Source: the human T2T-CHM13v2.0 reference genome, Homo sapiens
Strand: one strand, 5' to 3'
Length of the DNA stretch: 64,000 bases
Assembly: GCF_009914755.1 (NCBI RefSeq)
Contig: NC_060931.1
Positions 26,760-39,247 of the stretch are shown here, piece after piece. Both the position numbers and the translations under genes were made by a program. Positions within the stretch are counted from its first letter, which is position 1; the number at the start of each line of letters is the position of its first letter. The notes under the pieces were generated by a model that saw only the letters and a program-made list of their open reading frames with translations, ran no database searches and was not told the DNA's origin.

Positions 26760-26970
26760 GGAGTGTGGGCTCTGAAGTTCAGCAGATTTGCATTTGACTC
26801 TTGACTCTGTGATTAGCTGGGTGTCCTTGAGTAAACTACTCCTGTAAGCCTCAGTTACCTCATCTGTAAAATAGGGATGATGACATCTGCTCAAAGCGTT
26901 GCTGTTGAGTAATTAGGTTAAATGAGATAAAAAGTGCCCATTGGCACCTGTTGGAACTCAGTAGGAGCTC
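26760..26970 (+). mobile_element. MIR SINE
   Basis: gcctcagttacctcatctgtaaaataggga core. Confidence 0.82.
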
Positions 26971-28158
26971 ATGTCTTCATGGTGTGTAAATATGTACCTG
27001 GCTCCCATCCACAAGAGTCCTCGCTGAATCAACAAACTCACAAGTGCCTCTTTTCACTAGACTGAGACTAAAACCGCGAATTAAAATGGTGTTTGTCCTC
27101 AAGAACCACTAGGGTCAAGAATTCTACATGGCTCAGGCAGATCAGCTGAGCACGTGAGAAAATAAGGAATATGCAGTCTAAGTACAGAGCTCAGATGAAG
27201 CAACTTGCTGCCTATCAACAGAAAGGGTGGAAACACCCTGGTGTGTGCAACAGGCACAAATCATGTAATTCAGTAAGTCTACAAATATGTAGTTAAAGAA
27301 ACAATGTAATTTCTAAAAGCAGTCTCCTCGCAGCAAACTGTGAAGTTAGCAGCACAGAAGCAAACTGAGGCAGAGTCACTGGATTGGAGACAAGCTGATT
27401 TGTGAAAGCTGCTTGAGTAATTGACCAACCTCTGCACAACTATGTTGCAGTTTACTAAACCAGTATAAAGGAGAAAAAAAGCAGTAGAAATTAAGAGCAT
27501 TCGTTAAGCTGTAAGTCCTTTCATTCTTTTGGATATATTATTCTAAATGCATCTTATAACATTTTCATTAATAAACTGCTGTTTTAATTAATGATGAGGT
27601 CTCAGTCAACTGAATGACATTTCTTTCAAGAAGCCCACTTCATACGCACACAAAAGAACCCTGAAATTTTTCACTAAAGGAAAGGCCAATGTGATCCAAC
27701 TAGTTGAAGAATATACTATTGCAATTAAAAAATCATTTAATTCCATTCGGCTCAACCCAATGAACATTTATTGAATATCTGCTGGAGGCCAGGGGCTAGC
27801 TGGGATTAGACACAGTTCTTCCTTTCAGAAACTCACAGTCTAGAGAGAAGCCTGGTGCATGAATAAGGCATTCACCTTTAACCTCCTTATCCCTGTTCTG
27901 TTCCTTCCCTTCTCTTCCTGGTAAGGCACGCTTATTTGCAAAAGACTTTCTACATGAAAAAAAAATATATATGCATATAGGCATATACACACACATGTAT
28001 AAATATTCATATATACCCTCAAAGTAGTTTCCCAAAATTATTTGTGTGTATACAAATATTCATGTTCATATATATATTTTTTTATAGAAATGGGACTATG
28101 GTGTTGTATTAATGTTGGTTTCCTGACTCCAACTTGCTCTCACATGGTTCAGGAATTA

Positions 28159-28325
28159 CATATAATATATATTATAATATATTTAATATACTAGATATGT
28201 AACATTAAAAATTATTTTAATTATATATAATATAATGTTAAATATAAATATATTTAAATTTTTAATATTTATATTTAAATTTTGACTACCATTTGTATTA
28301 TATCTAAATATAACATATTTAATAT
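28159..28325. repeat. AT-rich low-complexity tract next to an L1M 3' fragment
   Basis: Almost pure A/T. Confidence 0.8.
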
Positions 28326-28582
28326 GAGAGAGAAAACAAATATAGTGAAATGTTAAAAGTTAGGGAATCCAGATATGGATGATATAGGAGTTATTCATAC
28401 TATTTTTACAACTTTTCAAAATTATTTCAAGGTATATTGGTCTTGTAAAAAATTTTAAAATAAGGGATTCAAGACCTTCCTGGCCTCAATCCTGCCTTTC
28501 TTCAGCAGCACCTGCAGCCGTACATCACCCCACATTTAATACCAAGTTATGTCCAACATCCTCCCGCTGTCGTTCCTGACGC

Positions 28583-28720
28583 TGACTGCACATTAGACTA
28601 ATCTGAGAAAATGCTGAAATATGCCAATAGGCAGGCCTCTCCCCAGACAATCAGATCAGGACTCCTGGGAGTTTGCTCCAGCCATGGTTTTTTCCAAAAA
28701 CATAGCCTAGGTTGGGAAGC
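28583..28720. mobile_element. MER5-type hAT-Charlie relic
   Basis: ctgcacattaga...ccccagacaatcagatcagga...ggttggga. Confidence 0.55.
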
Positions 28721-28729
28721 TTGGAGGCC

Positions 28730-29110
28730 TGTTTCCCAAACACCATGCTGCTGCATTCCTCATGCCTTGGTGCCTGCTGTTTCCAGTACTTGGAGGGTCC
28801 TTGTCCACCTCTTCAGTACTGTAGATTCCTATTATTTTGTCAGGATCCAACTCAGATGTCGCCTTCCTTAGTGAAACCATCCAGGCATCCCACGCCCCAC
28901 CCACAGGTAGATCCCATCCTTCCCGCCTCCTGCTATTTATTTCTACACACTCTCCTTCTACAGGTTTCCCACACTGTTGTAATGCTGTGTTTGCTCTGTC
29001 TCCCAACCCACCGCAAACTCCTTTTGGGAAAAGTATATATCATGTTTGCTTTTGTCATCAGCATGAGCCTCACATATAGTAGGAGTCTAAGAAATGTTTA
29101 CTAAATTAAA
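28730..29110 (+). mobile_element. L2 3' region
   Basis: caactcagatgtcgccttc...catatagtaggagtc...aaatgtttactaaatt. Confidence 0.7.
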
Positions 29111-29785
29111 TGCAAACAAGGTTATACTTGTTGGAATAAAGTTATAACAAGGAGCTATGGGACACTTGAGGATGTGCACTCTTACAGTGCAGGCGGCACT
29201 TGCGGAAGGAGATGGAGCTCACGCAGAATCGAAGAGTGAATAAATAGCTAAGTAGTCGGGCAGGAGAGGGAAATGGGAACAGCCCGCCTCTTAGGCTGGC
29301 TGGAGCCACGTGGAGTACGCGAAGGAGAATGGCCGCTGAGGCCAAGAAGGGAGCCAGTCCAGACGATGAAGGGGACCAAGAGCGTTAGTCACTCTGGAAG
29401 CAGAGTGAGCACCTCGCACTGCGCTGGCACACAGATGCCTCTCAGTCAAGCATTTTAGAGAAATAATGAGTGAATTCTTTTTTGCTCTTTTTCTTTACAT
29501 TTGGCAGGGGAGTCATGGGACCGGATTGAAACTAACTTTCTTCCCAGAAGAATGTATTTGCACATACTTTCCCGAAAATGTCAGAAGATTTACAGGTTTT
29601 CTGAAATGTATTCAGTGACACTTCCCCCAAAATGATATGCCACATTCTAAGAAGAGGGATATATTTTAGGTTTAAGAAGGACATGGTTAGACTAGGATGT
29701 AAGGCGGGTCACTGAAAGTCTGTGAAGGACAGATTATAGGAGGTAAGATGCCCATTGGAGGACACCCTTTAAGAAGTCATCACAG

Positions 29786-30065
29786 CGTGGTGGCTCACGC
29801 TTGTAATCCCAGCACTTTGGGAGGCCGAGGCGGGCGGATCACGAGGTCAGGAGATCGAGACCACGGTGAAACCCCGTCTCTACTAAAAATACAAAAAAAA
29901 ATTAGCCGGGTGTGGTGGCGGGGGCCTGTAGTCCCAGCTACTCAGAGAGGCTGAGGCAGGAGAATGGCGTGAACCCGGGAGGCGGAGCTTGCAGTGAGCC
30001 AAGATTACGCCACTGCGCTCCAGCCTGGGCGACAGAGCGAGACTCCGTGTCAAAAAAAAAAAAAA
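29786..30065 (+). mobile_element. AluYd3/AluYc3-type young Alu
   Basis: 12-bp deletion (gagacca^cggtgaaa), cacgcTtgtaat and ctcagAgaggctg diagnostics; TSD aagaRgtcatcacag (29771-85, 30066-80). Confidence 0.9.
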
Positions 30066-30159
30066 AAGAGGTCATCACAGGTGCCAAAGTGAAACCCAAG
30101 TGCCTGAACCAGAGGCATGACAGAGCTGTGCCCAAGAGAGAACAGATGCAAAAGGTTAC

Positions 30160-30700
30160 GAGGCAATGCAAACAGAGAGCTTAGGGTGTCTCTAGGCTTT
30201 CTGCCTTTGAGTGACCATGCAGATGCAGTGTCATTGGTCAAACTAGAAAATTCGGGGAGAGGATCAGATTTGTGGGAAAGGATGAATTCCATTGTGTGAA
30301 GCTTGAGTTTAGGTTTCCCATGAAAGAACAAGGCGGAGTTTCCCTACAGAAAGTTGCAGGTTGGGAGTGATGGAGATGAGGCTCTCCTAATGAGTGAGTA
30401 TAGAGTGTGATGGAAGAGGAGCACTGGAGGGAAAACCTCAGTGCCCCAACATTTTCAGGATACACCGAGGAAAAAGAGCCAATGCCTTACAGAAAAGCTG
30501 AAAGAGGGGAAAGGAAAACCAAAGAGAGTTTCCAAAGGCTCCAAGAGTTGAGTAAATCAAATAAGGGCAGAAGTGGTCTGTTCACTTTGGTAACTACGAA
30601 GTTCATGAACACCTCAGTGACAGCAACTTCACTTCAGTGAATGGAGTTCAGGCCAAAATCAATGATTAGGAAGTGAAAATGAGGAGATGAGAAGGTTTCT
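30160..30700 (-). mobile_element. L2 fragment
   Basis: gggagaggatcagatttg...ccaacattttcagga...aaatcaaataag. Confidence 0.6.
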
Positions 30701-30729
30701 AGAATTTCCCCAGTTAGATTGGGAAAATC

Positions 30730-31980
30730 TAACTGGACCTCTGAACAGCATTCTAACCTATTGGTCAGCTCCTCTTTCTTGAAAAACCCTTTTTCCTTGG
30801 CCTCATTCAGACCTCGTGTTCAAGGGGTCCCCGGGGTGCCCTAATTACTTCCTCTCTGTTCTTCCTTTGCAAGCTCATTTCCCTGTCCCAGTTTGAAAAG
30901 GGTGACTTCTCAGGGCCCTCCTGTCTTCTCTCTTCACACACTTCTCCCAGGGAATTCTATCCATGCTTGCATTGTAAATACCATCATAAAAATGATTTTA
31001 AAATGAATATTTCAGCCCAGACTTTTTTGGCTCTTTGACTTCTATGCTTCCCTGACACAAAGGCACCTCAAACTTGACCTGTTCAAAGCTGAACTTTGTT
31101 GTTGTTGAAACAGCATCTCACTCTGTTGCCCCAGCTGGAGTGCAATGGTGCCATGATGGGTCCTTGCAGCCCTGACCTCCTGCACTCAAATGATCCTCCC
31201 GCCTCAGTAGCTGGGACTACAGGCTTGTGCCACCACACCGGCTATTTTTTTCTTTTCTTCCTTTTTTTTTTTTTTTTTAGCGACAGGGTCCCCCTATGTT
31301 GTCCAGGCCAGTCTTAAACTCCAGGGCTCAAGCGACCCTCCTGCCTTGGCCTTCCAAAGTGCTGGGATTACCGTGTGAGCCACAGCACCCAGCCAAAGCT
31401 GAACTCTTGATACCTGCCATATCCCCAACCCCACCAAGATTGCCTGCCTCTGTGTTCCCATAATCAGAAATTGTCACCACCATCTATCCAAAAATCCGAG
31501 TCTGTCTTAACACTCTTTCCTTCACCTTTTTAATTCCTAAACATCATCAGATTCTGTCCACTCTACTACTCCAAACCATCATTATATTTATTCTGTCCCA
31601 TTGCATAGCCTATTCAATGGTCTACCTATATTCCCTCTTTTCTCTTTCCAATGCATTCACCAAAATGCAGCCAGAATGAGCTTTCAAAACTGAAATCAGA
31701 TTATGTCACCTTTGCTTAAAACCTTTCAGGAGTTACCCGTTGCTTTCTGTGTAAAAACCAAAATCCTCAGAATACCACGACCTTTCTATCTAGCCTCACT
31801 TCCTACTATGGTCTCCCCTGAGGGTTTGTCATCTTGGCCTCCACTACGTTCATCCTCGACATTCTCTTCTTCCTCAGAGCCTTTGCACATGCTCTTTTCT
31901 CTTCCTAGAATACTTTCCCTACCCCCGTTACCAGCAAAATCTCACTGGCCTTCAATTATTAACTTAAATGTAATTTACGA
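30730..31980 (+). mobile_element. L2, interrupted by AluJ
   Basis: tcttgaaa...ttccttggc...cacctcaaactt...gcagccagaatgagcttt...agagcctttgcacatgct. Confidence 0.8.
31096..31394 (-). mobile_element. AluJ
   Basis: Perfect TSD AAAGCTGAACT. Confidence 0.93.
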
Positions 31981-33950
31981 CCTGCTAAATCTCTGTCAGC
32001 TCATAGTTCACAGATGGCAGTTATTACATATTTGAAAGAATGGATTAAAAAGACTGAGTGCTAGCCAGAGGAAAATAGAGGTTCAGGGTAGGGGGGCCTT
32101 TAAGATGAGAATGATTTAAAGCCCACAGCAATGAAATGATTTGCCTGGCCAAGGTCAAAAAGCGAGTTGGTGGCAAAGCCAGGGCTGCAATCCACGACTT
32201 TTGATTCTTGGCCTCCCCATGTCCCACACTAATCCTTTATTATATGTCTTAGATGAAGTTAGCTGTAGTGAAGCCCTCATCTCATTTGCTGTCCCCAAAA
32301 CATTCTAACCTGTTGACCACCATGCACAACAGGAATACGTATTAACACAGTTTCAGGAGCATGACCCAGGAAATTCTATAATAGATGCAAACTATCTTCC
32401 TGTTTAAGACCCTAGTAGAGTTGTTCAGTGGTGCTGCTCTTAAATTCCAATCCAAGAAGGCCACCCGGCTCCCACACAGTCAAGCCATAGCTGATTGATG
32501 TGTTTACAGTAATATACTTCACACTTGTGTCTTGTGGGCCACACGTGCCACTCAGGATAAACTTAGAGATTTTTCTTTGGCATTTTTTCTCCATTGTACA
32601 GATTCAGACACTTAAAGCTTATTACATAGAAACTGACCTAGAAGTGACCGGGCCTTTGGAGAGAATGGCAGGAAATTGGTTACAATAGATATGGACCCAC
32701 CTGGGGAAACAGAACTAGCAGAGGTGAACGTTAACCCATCCCAGGTCCAATGTTGTTAGTCCAAAAAGATTACAGTAAGTTGAAGAAAACATCAAACAAA
32801 CAGAATAAAAAATTCAGCAAGGAAATTCAGAGTGGTACACTTGGGGAGAAAAAGCAGATTTTGCCAATGTAAGACCAGGAGAAAAACTGGTTGTGTTTCA
32901 GCATTGCAGTATCTTGGGAGAATAACAAAACAAGTTTAAGCAGAGTTGTGCCATGCAGATTGCCTGGAAGGAACCAGGCCTGCCTGATGCAGAATCATGA
33001 TGCATGCAGAGGATGATGTCCAAGGTCCCCGGGAGCAGAACTCCATAAAATTCACTTAACTCTTTTACTAGGTGACTAATTAAAAAGCAGTTAATGAGAG
33101 TGATCATTCTGGGCAATGGAATTCAGCCATGAAAGTGGTTAATGACCTGAGGCTGCAGCTCAGTTCTATGCCTCCTCTAGCATGGTTCTGGCTCCCAGGA
33201 GAGCCTCCTAGACTTTAGCAGAAGCTGCACAGAGCTTCAAGAATCCAGGATATCTGGGAAGAGGTAGGAGAGCGCATTGGGCGACAGAAAGGAGTAAGCA
33301 AATATTAAAGGGTTTATTTACAGCAGAAGGTAAAAAGAAAGAAGCTCACCACAATGGGAGCTCAATAAATGTGGTTTGCTTGAGCGACTACCTTGCTGAC
33401 TGAAGGAGTGGATAGAGCACGTGCATGAGGCAGCTTGCACAGTCTGGGAGACCTCGCTTCTCAGCTCCTTATTTAATGACATCATGTTGGTAGCTTGAAG
33501 TCGGACAAGGTGGCAGTATTGACATCACGGGAAATAGGCAAAAACTATAAATCAGAATTTTTCCCTCCCCCTCAAGCCAGTTGCTTAACATCTACCAACT
33601 TACCATTGGGTCACTTCGTTGAAATCCCTGTGGGAGCAGAGTTCCCTGGGGTTCTTACCTTAAGAATAAACCTGAAGGCGTTTTGGTTTTGCTTTCCTAT
33701 TTTAATTACTAATATACAGTGGCACTCTTCAGTAATCTTTTATTACACAACCAGAGTGGCTCAGCATTTGTGAAGTCTCCTGGCAAACTCACCATCATTT
33801 AAAACATTGTTTCTGTGGGGAAGTTTTCCAAGTTGCAAGTTACTGAGTCTAAAATAAATTTTTGGAAAAGAGCCCATTTGCAAGTTGGGAGCTTTCAATT
33901 CTGAGTCCTGATAGGAAAGTTAGAAAACAAAAAGAATCATGCCAATTTTA

Positions 33951-33983
33951 AAAATATAGGTTGCAAAATATAGGTTGCAAAAT
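33951..33983 (+). repeat. Perfect 14-bp tandem duplication (aaaatataggttgc)x2
   Basis: Direct reading. Confidence 0.95.
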
Positions 33984-35109
33984 CCTAAGTGAAAAGGCAA
34001 AAGGAATAGAATTATTTAACTTGGAGAAGAGAAAGATGAAGAGCAATTGAATAATAGGAGTGAGTGCCAGCTGTTGTTTGCTTTTGGTTTCTGTTTTTTG
34101 TGGGTTTTTTTTTTCTCCCACTGTAAGCCTCGGGGATTTGGTTAAACAAGGAGATAAATATCTTTATGTTATTATTCTGGAATGAATAATTGGTGGATTT
34201 TATGTCAAACATCTGCAAACTTCTTTTCCTCAATCAGGGATAATTTACATATAACCTGTGATGAGGACCAAGAAATAGTTAAGACAAGGTTATTTGTCTA
34301 CTTGAAGGTTAACTGTCAACTTTGTGACCCTGAGTCCACAGATGGCATAATGTATTTCAAAACTTTGAGAAACATGATATAATTAAGCAAATCCTTTTTA
34401 TATCATAGAATATCTAAATACAGAATTTATTATTTTTCTATCAAAAATGATTATAAAACTTAGACTATTAGCATTATCTATAGTAGTATTATATTGTCTA
34501 TATCTGTTAGTATTGTCTATTACTAGTATCTATATTACTAGTACAAAACCTTAAACCAAGCATTCTAAATCAATACTTTTTGATAATTTTACGAGGGAAA
34601 TGATGCTATTTTGGGCTTGTTAATTTAGAGTTATTTTCAGTTATTCATTCAGAAGAGATGAGAGAATTGCTTTCTTTTAGAATATCTTTTAGATATTGCA
34701 GTACCCTGATTTGGCATTTTCTTAAAGAGATGTGAAACAATGAAATGGCAGCTGTAAATCTGCCACTTGGAGCCTTAGAGGGCTTACATCACTCCCAGGC
34801 TTTGCTTTAACAGTTGGTTTATGATGTGGTTTCAGAATAACACTTTTGAACATGGTATATCCCTTCCTGCAAAACTGACATAAATCCATAAAGCTTTTAA
34901 TGATGTCTCTAAAATACAGCCAAAGTAGTCTCTGAGGCATATTTTTGGATTGTTTATCTGAAATCTCTAGATTGCTGAATCTCCCTTCATGATCTGCCTT
35001 GGAATGGCTGTCTCCAGGGCAGCTGATAAACGCATCATGTCTCACCCAGGCGGGGACCACTCAGCTTCGTGCCCCATCAGGTACACTACCCTGCCTCAGC
35101 TTTCACCCC

Positions 35110-35250
35110 AAGCATCTCACACCCTTGTGCGCATAAGTATCACCTGGGGACCTGCGAAAAATGCTGCTTCTCCAGAACCCCTGAGCTAAATTCTGGGACT
35201 AGGCCTGGGGACCAGCATTTTAACAGGCTCCCAGGAAAGTGGTCACAGAA
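35110..35250. mobile_element. MER5A-like relic
   Basis: tatcacctgggga...cagcattttaacaggctcccagg. Confidence 0.6.
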
Positions 35251-35939
35251 ATGATGTGAGAGTCTCAGCTCTACATGCTCTCTGACTCCAGTTCTGGCTT
35301 TGGGATGGAGTAACTGGAGAGAGGCTGACAGGTGGAAGCTGAGGTTCTTGCCGGTGACACGCTGCACCTGTCACTCAGGTGCTGGGGTCTCTGCTGCCCA
35401 GACCCTTCCCTCCCTAGGCCAGGTTCTGTGCTCCTCAGTCTTGAATTTCAAGCGCCTGGTATGCGTGTCTTCTCTTGCACATCATCCTGCCTGCCCCACT
35501 GTGATTCATTTGAATGCCCCAGCCTCCATCTCTAGCCTGCCTCCCACCCTCCCTCCAAGTCCCAGGTCCACCTCTTCTCACCCCCGCCAGAGCCTGTTCT
35601 CAGGTAATGACCCCCCACATTCTCTAGCAGAACCTCTCTCTGTGGCAAACTGAACTGCTCAGTGTGTTTTCTCCAGGCGGCCCGCCCTGCCTGCCCTTCC
35701 TGACTCCTCCTCCCTCCCCTGTCCTCTGTTAGACACATTTACAGAAGCCTGTCCTAGGAGTGTCCATCTGCCCCATCAGACTCTGAACTACTGAGGGCAG
35801 GGGTCACCTGTGCCTTGCTCACGGGATCCCCAACACCCGGCTGAAATGTGGTGGGAGCCTCGGGGGTCTCAAGTGAATGACTGATTCTTAAAAAGAAGCA
35901 CGTGAAGTTTGTCCAGGCGGCATGATGCCTCAGACTTCA

Positions 35940-36250
35940 GACCCTCTCACTGCCAATACACTGTGCCTTCAGCTAGAAAGCTAGTCTTCATCTCCGCCAC
36001 CTACCTGTACTTGGCTACCCACCTCTGGCCCTCCAGGTCCCAGCTTAGATGTCTTTTCCCACAGCAAGTCTTCCACCACCCCTGTGTTCCAGGGGGCCCT
36101 GTGTCTACCTGATCCTGCACTTACCCCTCTGCATTCTAATAATCTGTTTACCTGAATCCTCCTCCAGGTCCGGAGCTCCTTCAGAGCAAGAGTTGTCAGC
36201 ACCCAGCATCGTGCCCAGGGTGCAGTCAGTGCTCAATAGATGTTTGCTGA
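35940..36250 (+). mobile_element. L2 3' region
   Basis: cccagcttagatgtc...cccagcatcgtgcccagg...gtgctcaatagatgtttgctgaa. Confidence 0.7.
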
Positions 36251-36520
36251 AAGCTAACTCAGCACATTTAGGTAGTGAGATGGGGTTCTCATCACATAGC
36301 TGCTAAATAAACCGCCATAACATTCACTGTATTGTACTCACACTGTTGATGCGTCTCCTCCCACAACCACTGCTAGATGGAAATCTTCTCACGGGAAGTG
36401 ATTGTATTTTGTTCATCTTCACACTTCAGTAAGTCAGGCAGCAATGAGCATGGATTAAGTAGCTGTTCAATCCTATGTTTTCCAAGAAGGATAGTTTTGG
36501 CATGTGGAGCAGGAGAATTC

Positions 36521-36830
36521 TTTTTTTATTTTTATGTATTTATTTATTTTTGAGATGGAGTCTCTCTCTGCGGCCAGGCTGGAATGCAGTGGCGGATCTC
36601 GGCTCAGTACAACCTCCGCCTCCCAGGTTCAAGTGATTCTCCTGCCTCAGCCTCCCGAGTAGCTAGGACTACAGGCACCTACCACCACGCCTGGCTAATT
36701 TTTGTATTTTTAGTAGAGACGGGGTTTCACCGTGTTGGCCAGAATGGTCTCAGTCTCCTGGCCTCGTGATCCGCCAGCCTCGACCTACCAAAGTGCTGGG
36801 ATTACAGGTGAGAGCCACCGCGCCCCGCCC
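36521..36830 (-). mobile_element. AluSc-like
   Basis: TSD aggagaattctt; cctcgtgatcc. Confidence 0.93.
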
Positions 36831-37090
36831 AGGAGAATTCTTAATTGCATAAGACAGCCCCACACATTGCAGGACATGCTGCTGTCCTTGCCCGTGCCCA
36901 CTAAATTTCATTGGTATCCCAATCATTTTGACAACTACCCCACCTACACACACAGTTACAAAAGTTTTGGGGGTAAGAGGACCAGGAGGAAAATTGCACT
37001 GCACATAGTTGAAAAGCTATAGTTAAGTCTTTTCCTTACAACTTGGTGAGAAGCAATGGACTCCGTAACAGTGCCATGGTGGATTATATG

Positions 37091-37528
37091 TGTCAACATA
37101 ATTAACAGAAAGAGGATCTCTGAAATATAAGATATTTATCTGGAAATAAAGCATTGCAATGGGAATATGCATGCCATAGTTAACTACATGCATATTCAGG
37201 GAGGTGAAGACAAAAGTTTTTAAAGGAAAAAAGGAGGAGGATTACATAATTGTTTTAAAATAATTATCCTTGGCTACAAAGATCAATAACAAGGGTGACA
37301 CCAGTCCAAGTTTGGACAGGCAAATTCAGGGCAGTTGTTCTTGTAGAACCGTTTTTTTGTGTAAGGTTGCAATGGTGTTTGGGCAATGTTGTGCTTTTTG
37401 CAGAGTCTCTGTGATAGTTCTTTTGATCAGGCATTTATTCATGGCCTTCCCCAGCTCCATTTCTCAGGGCTTTCTTTTTTTTTTTTTTTAACATTAGTGA
37501 CTTCATTTTGATTCTGACAACTTTCACA
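37091..37528 (-). mobile_element. ERV1 solo LTR (MER65-like)
   Basis: Minus strand starts tgtgaaagttgtcagaatcaaaatgaagtcactaatgtt; TG...CA termini; 4-bp TSD tatg/catg. Confidence 0.75.
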
Positions 37529-37594
37529 CATGTGTGTGGTGATGTGAGGTGGGGGCCAGGACATGTCACCCTCAATATACAACGGTAACCTGTC

Positions 37595-37815
37595 TTTGTA
37601 ATAATAGTTCACTAATCTTTCCTGAGCACTTATATATTCCGGGCACTAAGCTGTGTATTATATAGTTTACTTAATCCTCACAACCACCTATGAGGTCCCA
37701 TTTTTTAGGGACGAAACTGAGGCTGAGAAAGTTTCAAGACATTGACCCAAGTTAACACGGCTGCTACAGACAAGGGCAAGATACACCCCCAGGCGTCGGA
37801 CTTCGCTGCTCTGTG
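37595..37815 (-). mobile_element. MIR SINE
   Basis: ctgagcactta...ttaatcctcacaaccacctatgagg...gaaactgaggctgaga. Confidence 0.82.
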
Positions 37816-38234
37816 CCGACCTCTTTAACAAGAACAAACATCAAAATTCCCAGTTGGAAGACTCCTATTAAAAACTGTCCTCTCCCATTAATTATAACGT
37901 AGAGCAGTTTTGCACAATATATTCTGCATAGTGTTAATTTAGTGGGATGTCAAGTGTTGTGAGATTAACGGTTGCATGGGCGATGGAGTGTGGGAAATGC
38001 TTTCAGCAAGGCCCTTGTAGAAGGCCGTGAAACAGAAACCGTGAAGACCACAGGATCCCTAAGGTGGCACAGCCCTTCACAGTGAGTCGGGGTGATTTAG
38101 AACATTGCTGAGCAAACAGCAGGGAGACCGGCAACAGGAGCTTGCTGGCCATGAAGTGCCTAATATCCAGTAAGCACTGCTCAGGCTCTAGGAAAAGGCT
38201 GATGCAGGAAGGGTTTCTTTCTTCTAATTTCTCA

Positions 38235-38420
38235 ATAATAATAAAAATAGATACTATTTATGGAGTACTAATTACTCTCCACTTCATAGATGAAATACCA
38301 AGGCCTAGAAAAATGTGTTAAGTAACTTCTCCTAAGGTCACACAGCTATTTAGTGGCAGAGCCAAATTTGAACCCAGTTCTCTCTAACTTCAAGACATGT
38401 GATTGTAAACCCTATACACA
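38235..38420 (-). mobile_element. MIR SINE
   Basis: gttaagtaactt...aaggtcacacagcta...gtggcagagcc...tttgaaccca. Confidence 0.8.
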
Positions 38421-38570
38421 AAGTCTCTAAGGACGTAGGGCTTATAAAGGCTTTCCTGTATGAATATCCAAGCAAATTCAGTCTCAAAGAGGATGCCCCT
38501 ATGGGTTCCCTGTACCAGGGATTTATTTTTGGCATATCTCTTCAACCTGACAATTCGTTCCTTGGTCTGA

Positions 38571-38635
38571 GTACATGAAATTTTTTTCAGGGTATGTGAA
38601 TTTTTTTCTTGGTATGTGAAATTTTTTTCTGGTAT
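38571..38635 (+). repeat. About 20-bp tandem repeat (ggtatgtgaaatttttttct)x3
   Basis: Direct reading. Confidence 0.8.
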
Positions 38636-38686
38636 AATGTAAGTTTCTTAAATTTTACTATTTTTTTAATTTTATAGATTTCTATA

Positions 38687-39050
38687 TGATATGGTTTGGC
38701 TCTGTCCCCACCCAAATTTCAAATTGTAGTTCCCATAATCCCCACATGTTGTGGAAGGGACCTGGTTGGAAGTAATTTAATCACAGGAGGAGGTCTTTCT
38801 TGTGCTGTTCTTATGATAATGAATAAGTCTCACAAGAGCTGATGGTTTTATAAATGGGAGTTCCCCTGCACATGTGCTCTCTCTTGCCTGCCGCCATGTA
38901 AGACATGACTTTGCTCCTCCTTTGCCTTCCACCATTATTGTGAGGCCTCCCCAGCCATATGGAGCTGTGAGTCCACTAAACTTCTTTCTCTTTATAAATC
39001 ACCCAGTCTCTGGTATGTCTTTATTAGCAGCGTGGGAACAGACTAATACA
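38687..39050 (+). mobile_element. THE1 (B/C) MaLR solo LTR
   Basis: tgatatggtttggctctgtccccacccaaat...agcagcgtgggaacagactaataca. Confidence 0.95.
38773..38783 (+). promoter_or_regulatory. DUX4 consensus motif TAATTTAATCA within THE1
   Basis: Exact match to TAAYYYAATCA; function untested. Confidence 0.55.
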
Positions 39051-39247
39051 TCATACCCTGTTACATGCTTTTTTTTTTTTTGATAAGAGTATTTGTGTTG
39101 ATGCAATAGCATCTTTCTCCATAGAACTTACTCAGATGCCCTTCCTGGAGCCAGTGCCTGCACTCCATGAACTGCTGGAGAGGTCATTGTAGGGTATCGG
39201 CATCAGACCTCTCCTCATTTTTCAATTCTCTCTCTCCTTTATAACAG

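Noticed and set aside
38946-38958. PRDM9 hotspot motif in THE1
   Set aside because: Reads CCTCCCCAGCCAT, which mismatches CCNCCNTNNCCNC at two positions; the THE1 at 46650 has the same form.
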